From Coniocarpon cinnabarinum (Eukaryota), in contig JAVECO010000018.1 in the NCBI GenBank assembly GCA_051942205.1, forward strand, positions 175,263-195,262: a stretch of 20,000 nucleotides of DNA. Direction: 5' to 3'. Positions 8,052-17,264 of the stretch are shown here, piece after piece. The notes beneath the pieces are model-generated. The model did not search any database. It was not told where the DNA came from and saw nothing but the letters and a program-made list of their open reading frames with translations. Position 1 is the stretch's first letter. Every line of letters starts with the position of its first letter. The position numbers and the translations under genes are program-made.

Positions 8052-9065
8052 ATGTCTGCCCGCCTAAGTCGCGGGTCGCTGCCATTACCATGGCGGCAAT
8101 TGCACAGGAACTTGAGCATCCCCCTACAAGTCTATGTGCCCTGCAGCTCCAGGCACGCCCGGTCTCTCCGTTCAACAGCCTCTCATGCCTCTCATGAAAA
8201 CCCTCTTGGCCTTCCACGCTCCCAACCCACGCCTCCCAATCTTCAAGCTCGCATGGCACGCAACCTCCCCCAGAAGCGATCCATCCGCAATGTCCGCAAG
8301 ATTATCGCCGTCTCGTCAGCGAAAGGTGGTGTAGGCAAATCCACTGTCGCAGCAAACATTGCACTTTCATTTGCAAGACGAGGCTTGAGTACTGGCATAC
8401 TAGATACCGACATCTTTGGGCCTAGCATTCCGACGCTATTTGGCCTGCGCGATACGGACCAACCTGGGCTGACGAGCGAAGGGAGGTTGCTACCACTGAC
8501 CAGCTGGGGCGTGAAGACTATGAGCATGGGATACCTCATTGGCGGTGAAGGCAAGGGAGGCGAAGCGCCTGTTGCTTGGAGGGGCCTAATGGTCACGAAG
8601 GCATTGCAGCAGTTGCTGTTCGAGGTCGAGTGGGGACCCACAGATGTGCTGGTGCTGGATCTGCCGCCTGGCACGGGCGACACGCAGTTGAGTCTTGCCC
8701 AGCAGGTAATCGTTGACGGCGCAGTGTTGGTTACTACGCCTCAAGTCATGGCTCTGACGGACACGTTGAGGGGCCTCAACTTCTTTGGAAAGACGGACGT
8801 CAGAGTTCTCGGAGTCGTAAAGAACATGAGCTCTTTCATGTGTCCGTGTTGCGGCGAGAAAACAGACATATTCAGTGGGCATGGAGAACTCGAAAATGAG
8901 GCAAAGAGAGCCAATACCAGTGTCATTGCAGACATACCTTTAAGTAAAGGAATCTGCGTGGATGCCGACAGTGGTCGACCTACGGTTGTAGCAAGGCCTG
9001 ACTCTGACGAAGCTAATGTGTATGGAGATCTTACTGAGAAGCTCGTGCATGATGTTGGCCTTTAA
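8052..9065 (+). CDS. IND1: Mrp/NBP35-family P-loop ATPase, mitochondrial complex I Fe-S assembly factor Ind1 (NUBPL), 337 aa, intronless
   Basis: Deviant Walker A VSSAKGGVGKST; LDTDIFGPSIP; MSMGYL; WRGLMV; LVLDLPPGTGDTQL; CxxC in NMSSFMCPCCG. The N-terminus is Arg/Ser/Leu-rich and lacks acidic residues for about 48 aa, like a mitochondrial presequence. It has no Nbp35-type N-terminal Cys cluster. Confidence 0.92.
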   Translation: MSARLSRGSLPLPWRQLHRNLSIPLQVYVPCSSRHARSLRSTASHASHENPLGLPRSQPTPPNLQARMARNLPQKRSIRNVRKIIAVSSAKGGVGKSTVAANIALSFARRGLSTGILDTDIFGPSIPTLFGLRDTDQPGLTSEGRLLPLTSWGVKTMSMGYLIGGEGKGGEAPVAWRGLMVTKALQQLLFEVEWGPTDVLVLDLPPGTGDTQLSLAQQVIVDGAVLVTTPQVMALTDTLRGLNFFGKTDVRVLGVVKNMSSFMCPCCGEKTDIFSGHGELENEAKRANTSVIADIPLSKGICVDADSGRPTVVARPDSDEANVYGDLTEKLVHDVGL

Positions 9066-9714
9066 TGAGAGCACACGAGCGCCCGATGCGCAAGCATATC
9101 AACCTCGTCTATTGCGTAAAGAAATTTGAACCAGCAACGCGCCCAGAACGAAATTGCCCCCCACAACCCAGGCTAGCGGTTTACGATGCGTGCAGGACTT
9201 TCGCCATGACGCTCAAAAGTTCATTTTTAAGATTGTCCTTACGTTAGGGGCTCTTTGCCAACAAGCGTCCTGAACAGAAATCGTCGCCGGAGATTTCCAG
9301 TGAGAGCAACGCCGAGACCTAGGAAAAGAGCCTCGAACGAACATAGCGGCTGTTGTGTTGCGGACTGTAACTCAGCAATGCATAAGTTGCAAAGGGCTTT
9401 TGCCGGTGTGCTGATAGCTTTTGTGGCTCGAATTGTTCTTATCGTGCCGGCTCTTCGCCTAGATTGAGATGAAGGTCTAGGAAGACTGTACTTGTCGGCG
9501 AGTACCTCCTACCAGGCTCTTGATGCAAGAGTCAAGGACAAAAGTCTCAGTCCTGGCAACGAGCCCCTACAATGATAACATTTCGGTTCACAAAGCCATC
9601 AGCACACCGGCGAAAGCCTTTTGCAACTCCTACAATGCTAAATTATAGTATGGCACGTATTCGCGCCCCGGATTTCTGCCGCATTTGACTCTCTATTAAC
9701 ATTGAACAACACCT

Positions 9715-10687
9715 CTAGAAGACGGTCCCTCCCCCGTCGATTACCAGATCTGTTCCTGTGATGTAGGCAGACGCAAACTTCGAGCACAGCATCACCAACG
9801 GCCCTGTTAGTTCGGGCGGGCTTCCCATACGACCAAATGGATTGCGCTCCGCCCAGATCTTGCGACCAATAGAATTCCCCTCCCCTTCATTAAGGATAGT
9901 GTCCATATACCCTGGGCTAAGGGTGTTCACGCGAATTCCATATCTGGCCCATTCCGCAGCCAGCGAATGAGCCATGCTCAATACAGCCGTTTTGCTGATG
10001 TTGTAGGCAACTTGAGGTTGAGGGAAGTTGACACGGTGAGCGCTAATGCTAGCAATGAAAACGATGCAACCTCCCCTTCCTTGGCGTCGCATTATCCTAC
10101 CGGCTGCCTGTGCGCAAAGGAAAGTGCCAGTCGTGTTGACGTCCAGCGTCCGGCGAAACTCTTGCTCTGTTATTTCCATTGCGTGTACCACTCCCACAAT
10201 ACCTGCGAAGCTCACCATAATGTCAATAGACCCTAGTTCTTCCACAACGGCCTCGAACACTTGGCCAATGACCCATGACCCAGAAGTGACGTTGAGTTGA
10301 CGTGCAAGGATCTTCGCATTGGGAAAATCGCTCCTGAGGCGATCAATCTTGGCGTTTTCCTCTAGGCCTTGAATGTCCAATAACGCCAGGCCAGATGCAC
10401 CGTGCTCCAGCAATGCTCTGGCAGCATGCATAGCAAGATCACCAGTCCCGCCAGTAACTAAGTAAGTGCAATCAGTCCAAGACTTCGTACGGCTGCGCCC
10501 GGGAGAGGTCGGCCTCACGTATTGCATTACCATGGACCGCAAAGCGTGCTAGGGCCTTTTGCTCCGCCGTCATTTCATCTGGCAACGGTTGCGTAGGTGC
10601 AGTCATAGACTTCGGCGTTCCATTAGACAACGTCATTTGAAGGAGTTTGCGCTTCGTCAACTCCTCTCGAGCGGTGTTCGTGGCCAT
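9715..10687 (-). CDS. Short-chain dehydrogenase/reductase, D-arabinitol 2-dehydrogenase / sorbose reductase-like; exons 10687-10519 and 10457-9715, 303 aa
   Basis: Splicing gives ALARFAVHGNAI-L-TGGTGDLA. Also LALLD (acidic residue after beta2, suggesting NAD(H)), FAG, catalytic S and YxxxK (ASISAHRVNFPQPQVAYNISK), SLAAEWARYGIRVNTLSPGYMDT and YITGTDLVIDGG. Exon lengths 169+743=912 nt are in frame. Confidence 0.9.
10458..10518 (-). other. Spliceosomal intron (61 nt, phase 1) of the SDR gene
   Basis: Donor GTGAGG, branch-like ACTGAT, acceptor TTAG. It joins the two ORF-track fragments 10472..10687 and 9715..10542. Confidence 0.85.
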
Positions 10688-11165
10688 TGTCTCGGCAGTG
10701 CGGTCTGAATAGTGTTAAATGTATTGACAGTCGCAATGCGTCCCTCGTGTGTTCGACGCCTTCGTCTAGTCTGCAATATAGCAAGTCAGGTCATTCGTCA
10801 ACTAAACGCCTCCACTTGCCACCGCCACCGTCGTAGATCTCACGAAAATTGGTGCCAGTGGGGATCCATCAATATGTTATGCTGGGGTGAAGGAATATCT
10901 CACTTCCAGTGGCTCCCAATGCAAGTGCTGCTTTCGGCAACGCACGAGTTGGAAAAGTCCAATCGGATCAGCTGGAGTAGTCTTTAAATAGGCAGACTGT
11001 TGGGGTGCACGGACACTATAAGGGCGGAACCGATCTCAAGCGATGCGTTTATCGCACCATGCTGATGAGACTGTATTCAGATTTCAACTGAAATAGTCTC
11101 TTCCCCACTCTCAAAGCCGATCGGGAGAGTCTGCTCCGAGACATTGTGCTGTTTCAACCAGCGTG

Positions 11166-11978
11166 TCAGCCAAGTTCAATCTTGTCAAGGGCTGTCCAGA
11201 GCTGGCGAGCCTGTCCAGTGCGCTGCTGACGCCTTTGTAACTCTTGCCTAGTCTGAATTTCCGTGGGTGCTTTCAAACTGTTGTCGTTGGTAACTCCAAC
11301 GCTTTGTAAAAGCTCATCGACCTTGCGCTTGTTTTCGTTGACGGCTTCTATCTGCTTGCGCAAGCCGTCCACACGATCCTGCATCATTTCTAAGAGTGTT
11401 TCGCGAGCTTGGTGAGGGCGATACTCATTCAACAGCTGATGCGCATTGAGAAAGAGTATACGGAGATCCTCGATTTTCTCAGGAGCTGGGACCGGATTCG
11501 TTGCCAATATGTTCGTGAGTTCTAGAAAATTTAACATAATGCTTCGCAGGAGGTGGGTGAAATTAGACGTCAATTCAGAAGGCAGCCCATGAGTTGACTG
11601 CACTCGTGATTCTAATAATCTCTCTGCTCCATACTCATCCAAGGACGATATTTGGGTCGAGCCCAGCTAGCAAGTCTTTAATCACACAATGATGGCAAGT
11701 GCATGAGCGCTACAACTTACCTGCAAATTGACGCCAAAGCTTGTGTAATCGTTCAATTCCGGCAGACTCGGAGGGATCAAGTTTTGTAGATCCTCGGGAA
11801 CATTGTCCGATGACAAGTCCCAGCCTAATTGCGCTTCCGACGTGGACTGACTCTGCGAGACATGCAATTGATGGTGCTCGCGAAGTTGCACAAGGTTTTC
11901 CGTCGTAAAATCTCGGTAGGTTGAGGGTGGAGCAGGCAAACCTTGAGGTACCTGATTGGACTGCTGCTCCTCTGCCAT
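11166..11978 (-). CDS. MED7: Mediator of RNA polymerase II transcription subunit 7; exons 11978-11721 and 11666-11166, 252 aa
   Basis: N-terminal PAPPSTYRDFT, LIPPSLP and YTSFG; exon 2 SLDEYGAERL, LLRSIMLNFLELTNILATNP, KIEDLRILFLNAHQLLNEYRPHQARETL (Med7 signature NEYRPHQARE). Confidence 0.93.
11667..11720 (-). other. Spliceosomal intron (54 nt, phase 0) of MED7
   Basis: Donor CAG|GTAAGT and acceptor CTAG|CTG give the in-frame join NLQ|LGSTQISSL. The branch site is non-consensus. Confidence 0.8.
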
Positions 11979-12127
11979 CAACCGCGACGACCGAGCCCTG
12001 CGCGCGCATCACCTAGATACTGCGATAAGTCAGTGTCATCGTCAATGATGCTAAGGGGATAGGTTACTATCTAAGGTCTGCCGCCACGCGCGCCAGAATT
12101 AGGTATAAACAATACGCCAAGATTCAA

Positions 12128-12137
12128 ATCACGTGAT
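12128..12137. promoter_or_regulatory. Palindromic E-box ATCACGTGAT (Cbf1/SREBP-type bHLH consensus) upstream of MED7
   Basis: Perfect 10-bp palindrome 150 nt upstream of the MED7 ATG. Related GATCACG half-sites lie at about 12161 and 12207. Confidence 0.4.
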
Positions 12138-14500
12138 CTATAGTCGTTGTGCAAGTGTGTGATCACGAGAGCCACGCCTAAAATTATCTACAACCTTTTT
12201 TGTATTGATCACGTTGAAGGCGCCTTGCTCGACATATCAAGCGTATGAATTGAGTCAAGACTTCAGCTCTGACAGCGTGTCGAGACGCTTGACTGAGAAG
12301 ATCGATAGACAAGAGTCTTAGGCTTAAATGCACCTCATGTCCTACGCTCTTTCGAATATCATTCTCTTCAGTCAACTTCATGCGTCATGATACCTCGGGC
12401 AGCTTTCGACAATCGGAGTTCCGATCGCGGAAAAAGTAGAGCGCAGGAACAATCAGAAAGCTTTTGCAGCCGCTCCAAGCATACATGCTTACGTTCCGCC
12501 GTTCACGCAAACTCTACATGCCATTTCGACAGGCTGACAGGAAGTATAGACTCGGCTAATTGATGGCAATGTCCGTTGGCAGCGCGCCAGGTAACACGGG
12601 AGCCAGTGGTGAAGGTGGTGACCACCCCGCTGATCAAGGCAATGGCCAAGACATAGTCAGGAAGACCATGATAAGCCCCAATTCTTTGCACCAACACCGA
12701 TGAGTTGGCTCATCTTGTCGAGTGAAAATAGATAGGAAGGTACATGACGCTTCTCGACATGGATCGAGTGCCCGGGAAGCTCACATTCCTGGTCCAGACT
12801 TGAGCGCTTGCTGCAAATCAACTCCCAATCCATAACACAATAAAGCTCAGTCTACCAACGTAAGAGGCGTCGAGCTCATGCCGACGACGCGTACTATGCG
12901 CGGCGACTGCCCTGTTGATTCTCCCAAATGGCCGAACATGCGACATGTCTTCTATGTTTCCAGTTGAACGTTGTCAGATTTTTAGAGACGTCGACCGTAC
13001 ATGTTGGGGCGACCCGAAAAGCCACAAAGAGTCGGTGATATAATTCAGTGGATGAAGTTGCAATGCCATTTGATGGATCGTGTCACTTTCGGTCCTTCCG
13101 GTCTTTCTGGTCCTTGCGGACTACGTATACCTCCAATGGATGGATTCCCAACATGTGCTTCAACCACAACTTGGTAGGTATTATGAGCACTGCGATAGTT
13201 TTGTTCTCGCCATAGCCTGACCTCTTTGGAGTAATTGGAACCTCTCGCTGCAATCTCTTGACTTTAATCTTCATGCTATATTCTATACATGAGAGCAGGT
13301 ATGAGTATCAGGTATGAGTCGAAGCATTGAGCGGGTAGCTTACCTCCGGGTTCCGTCTGCAAGACTTCACGTCTTCCCGAACCAGAGCACCAGGTCACAA
13401 TCATCTTCGACTTGCTCTTCGTCATCGTCGACGGAGCAAATGCTCAGTAGCAGTTGAAGGCTGATGCACGTTGCAGGGGACTCTTGCGTATTTGTGTACG
13501 TAGATGTCTGGCGTGGCATATCTTCGAAAGAGAGATGGGGGCGACTCCACTTAAGAAATGCAGGTGGCAATGCACGTGGCTGTGGGGAGGCTGTATGGAA
13601 AGCCGAGGCGACATTACGTATGACGGATTGTAGGAGGTCACCTGCTTTGGCGACACACGTACGTAATTCCAGTCTCTGTTTGCAAACCGCGTTTGAACGA
13701 GAAAAGTTGTGAAGACCAAATGCTAAGAAAACTTATGAGAAATGCATAAGACGTGTACGTTTCGAAGTTCCTAAGATCGCGCTCGAAGCGGACTGGTTAA
13801 CATAAAATCTGAGGCGGGTTTCATCTTTCCTGCGGAGGGTTTAACGAGCTGCTTGCCTTATGGTGGTGCCCTAGCAAACTTACACTCATTGCAAACGCCA
13901 ACAGTGTAACGATGCTAATGGGGCTGTGCATCAGTGTAAGCGATATTCAGGTAGCGAATGAGCCATAGTTCGATATTGCTATGAATGTACGCAAACCAGG
14001 AAGTCAATGGACCAAACCAGTGATCATCGATGATCCGGTCATTCATGGTCTTACATAGAGTGGAGGAGACGAGGTAAATGTACAATTGAAATAGTTATCA
14101 GAGATATATCAAACATGAACTTGTATCGCTTTTTGAGCATTCGTTACCTAGCAATTCGCATTAACATAGTCTGCTGGTTTCATTAGAATAGGTAGTCGCG
14201 GCAAGATGCATGGGTATCCACCGTACCTAATAGAGGACACGTGATCAATCAGGGCGGGGTGGCCTCAAGTCGCTCATTCGTACAATTGAGAAGACAGTGA
14301 GACCGTGAGTGCCTCCATCTATGAGATGTGACGATCTATACCCTCAGCCGATCGTGAAATCTCCTGTAATCCGCATGCACACGCCGTCTCTCTTACACAC
14401 AACGTTCTTCGCCGCTTGTTTCGAACGTGAAACGCAGAAAAGGTTTGGAAATCTTTGACAATGCTTCTTACGGTGCACCAGCGGCAACGGTGCTCTCAAT

Positions 14501-16645
14501 CTATACATCTGGACTCGAAGTCATCTGTGCGGACGTCATAGGCTTGTGCCTGGCTAGTGGACTGCTCATACTGCTGCGTTGAGCGCTTTGTGTACGGTCG
14601 CCTCCAGAAGCTTCTTTCCGTGATTGATCCGAATTTGAAGGGGTTGTTGGCATAGGAGGCTCAGACTCAACACGCGTTCCCGGTATTGGTGGAGCAGACC
14701 TCGACCCAAAAGAATCACGAAAAGAACTCGCGGGACTAGACCTAGCCGGCGGCGAAGACCGCTCTCGACTCTGATAAATTACCGGGCTTGGAGGCCCGCT
14801 GCTTGATAGAGAATAACCCAACCGTGCATCATCATGCTCGTCGTGGCCAGAATAGCGCTGATACGCCTCCCCTCTTCGTTTGACCGGACTCTCGTCATAG
14901 GGATCAAAGCCAACGTGCTGTCGGGCCTCCATACGAATACGCTTTCGTGCTTCAGTATCCCCAGAAGCGGCGCCCGTCGTAGAGCCTTCAGACAAGAAAA
15001 AGTTGAGTAACTCGTCCGTGATTGCGAGGTGTGACGTTTGTTGGAATTGTTGGAGTGAAGTAAGCCGAATGAGCATCTCGAGTAAGGACAGGGATGTGAT
15101 CACTGGCCCGCTGGCGTTGAGAAAAAATTGATTGAGATGCTTGGAGTCAGCAGGACCAGCTACTGAGCTATCACGAGCATTGGTCACGCTTTGCTGAGGA
15201 CTAGAGCCTAGTTGGAGGTTTGAAAATGCGGACGAAAGAGAGCTGGGCATTGTTTTCGAGGCTGTCTTCGACTGCGTAGGCGACGAAGGAGGCTCGCCAG
15301 ATTCAGTATCAGACTCGTCGTCCGATCCCGAGCCTTCCTTAAAGACTTCCAAAGCAATCCACTCCGGGTCCAAACCCGACGGTAGTGCCCAAGCACATGT
15401 GACTTGGTCACTTTCTCTGCCCGTAAGCGAATGACTGAAGCTGTCAGGCTTTTTCCATCGCTGGGATGGAGGCGTGTTCGTACTGCCATCCACATCAGCG
15501 TCATGCTCGTTTGCATCCTCGAATGTAGCATCATCATGCTCCATCATGCGCCGTGGAGGAGGAGCGTTGATATCGCGTCGGAGCAACAAGATGGGATTGT
15601 TCATCTCGCCTTCGGAGCCGAGGTTCAAGATCTTGCCAGTATCGGCATAGAAAATCTTAGCGATTTGGTGGATTGGAATGTGGGTGCGAATGCCCGCGGT
15701 TTTGACATCGTCTATTGCATCAGGCTGGGCTTCGTCATCCTCGAATGTGTGCACCCGGTCATCGTCTAGATCTTCGATCATAGTGAGTTGATAGGCGAAC
15801 TCAGATGCAGGGGCGTCGCTCGGTATTTGAGTGCTGTCTGCCTGTTGCTCAGCTGGATCGTCGTTGGAGAAGTAGCTTTGTGAAGTCGGTTTGGAGAACG
15901 GAAACTGACTCAATTGATGGAGAGGCACACGCACAAGTTTCATTTGAGCCTTGTGCATGACTTCCTTCCAGACCACCTTTTCGAGTCTATCTTCATCGAC
16001 GGCTTGATTTGCGTGGCCAAGGAAAAGCATGTACACAGATGTTGTAAATCGAGGACCGATCTGAGTAGGTCGACCTGACGCTATGCCAAATTGTGAGTCA
16101 CCAGCGCTGAGGAAGGTACTTGCCTGCAGAAGTCGTGATGGAGAGACGGTAGGAGGAAGATTGGTTGACAAGCTTACTCCGGAGGTTGTGATCGCGAGGT
16201 TAATCAACGGCACCGCGTCTTCGATTCGTTCAAGCAATCCCTTAATGTCCTTTATGATTGCCCTGATTTCGATGGCGAGCTGTTCTGCAGCCTTAGATTT
16301 TGTGATACCTCTTCGGGCATGTTCCTCTTCTGCTGCAGCTTTAGAAAGGCGGATACCAAGTGACTGAATGCTCCAGCGGATGGACTTGGTCAATGACACG
16401 GCAGACTCGAGGCTCGTATTACCACGAGCGGCAATCAGTTCAATCATATCAATAGCAGGAGCAATAATTCGAATCTTAGTGTCTAAGCGGTGCTGCAGGC
16501 GATTTAAATCGTCGCGCTCCTCGGACTTGCCCGTCTTAACCAGTCGCGAGCATTGGTTGAGAGCGTAAGAACTGGTGATCATGATACCAGAACGAATCGC
16601 ATAGTTCATTGCTTGCTGCGTTACCTTCTGCAGCAGGATGTCCAT
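14501..16645 (-). CDS. YRB30: RanGTP-binding protein (Yrb30-like, Ran-binding family), about 714 aa, intronless
   Basis: MDILLQKVTQQAMNYAIRSGI...KIRIIAPAIDMIELIAARGNTSLES, RIEDAVPLINLAITTSG, VSPSRLLQAS, EDLDDDRVH, KIFYADTGKILN and SLSLLEMLIRLTSLQQFQQ match the fungal Ran-binding family. The ORF-track start 16669 is TTG; the first ATG is 16645. Confidence 0.87.
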   Translation of the reverse strand: MDILLQKVTQQAMNYAIRSGIMITSSYALNQCSRLVKTGKSEERDDLNRLQHRLDTKIRIIAPAIDMIELIAARGNTSLESAVSLTKSIRWSIQSLGIRLSKAAAEEEHARRGITKSKAAEQLAIEIRAIIKDIKGLLERIEDAVPLINLAITTSGVSLSTNLPPTVSPSRLLQASTFLSAGDSQFGIASGRPTQIGPRFTTSVYMLFLGHANQAVDEDRLEKVVWKEVMHKAQMKLVRVPLHQLSQFPFSKPTSQSYFSNDDPAEQQADSTQIPSDAPASEFAYQLTMIEDLDDDRVHTFEDDEAQPDAIDDVKTAGIRTHIPIHQIAKIFYADTGKILNLGSEGEMNNPILLLRRDINAPPPRRMMEHDDATFEDANEHDADVDGSTNTPPSQRWKKPDSFSHSLTGRESDQVTCAWALPSGLDPEWIALEVFKEGSGSDDESDTESGEPPSSPTQSKTASKTMPSSLSSAFSNLQLGSSPQQSVTNARDSSVAGPADSKHLNQFFLNASGPVITSLSLLEMLIRLTSLQQFQQTSHLAITDELLNFFLSEGSTTGAASGDTEARKRIRMEARQHVGFDPYDESPVKRRGEAYQRYSGHDEHDDARLGYSLSSSGPPSPVIYQSRERSSPPARSSPASSFRDSFGSRSAPPIPGTRVESEPPMPTTPSNSDQSRKEASGGDRTQSAQRSSMSSPLARHKPMTSAQMTSSPDV

Positions 16646-17264
16646 TTTGTGACTTGCGGAAACCCGCAATGTGACCGATCTAGATCAGCCGAAGAAATGG
16701 AAGGGGAAGGTTGGAACACATCTAAACAACAAGGACGGGACTGCAGACGCGTCACTCGGGACAAGTGAACTCGAACAAACAGCATTGCAGCTGATAGTAG
16801 ACGAATGCCACTGAAAACATACAAGAATCCGACATAACAGCCCAGGCAGCCGCCCGCTCTAATGCGTAGTGCCTTTTAAGGTGGCACCAAACCTTGCCTC
16901 GTCGCCTAGAGCTCCACGAAACAATATGGCTACTTCAGAAGAGACGAACAAATGGCTATAGTCAAGTAAAAGGGCTAAGCAATTTGACAACAACTGCAGA
17001 GCAAGGTGATGAATATGAGGGATCGAGAGTATGGAAAAGCTATCGCTATCGATAAGCCACACATCGCAGCCCACCAGCCACAGTTGCTGTTTCAAAGTCC
17101 CCCACTGCAACCCAACTTTTTTCAAAGTCCTCAAAGCTCATCTTGACACATAATTGGTCTTCGAAAACTCACTGACTGCTACCAGACCTCAAGTTATTCT
17201 GTCGTTGACAGCGCGATACTCGGACTTTTGCTGAAACGGGTGGCAGTCTCTTCCTTCGCCTATC

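Noticed and set aside
9065..9714. Short ORFs 9065..9247 and 9255..9467 between IND1 and the SDR
   Set aside because: No recognisable motifs; they lie in the convergent 3' UTR/terminator space.
9715..9720. Stop-codon readthrough / cryptic PTS1 extensions on the SDR and other genes
   Set aside because: None of the stops has the TGA-CTA readthrough context, and the extensions I translated do not end in an SKL-type signal.
10690..11160. Three SYGGRG (CreA/Mig1-like) sites upstream of the SDR
   Set aside because: The degenerate hexamer is expected about once per 250 bp on both strands, so three in about 480 nt is not notable.
12660..13490. Minus-strand GAGTCCCC (about 13480) and GGGGCTT (about 12675), resembling the RNase MRP P4 helix strands
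   Set aside because: They are about 800 nt apart, the flanks do not match the CR-I/CR-V consensus, and no other conserved regions were seen.
17091..17135. Direct repeat TTCAAAGTCC x2 in the YRB30/SUP35 spacer
   Set aside because: Only two 10-nt copies 30 nt apart. It is not an array or a recognisable element.
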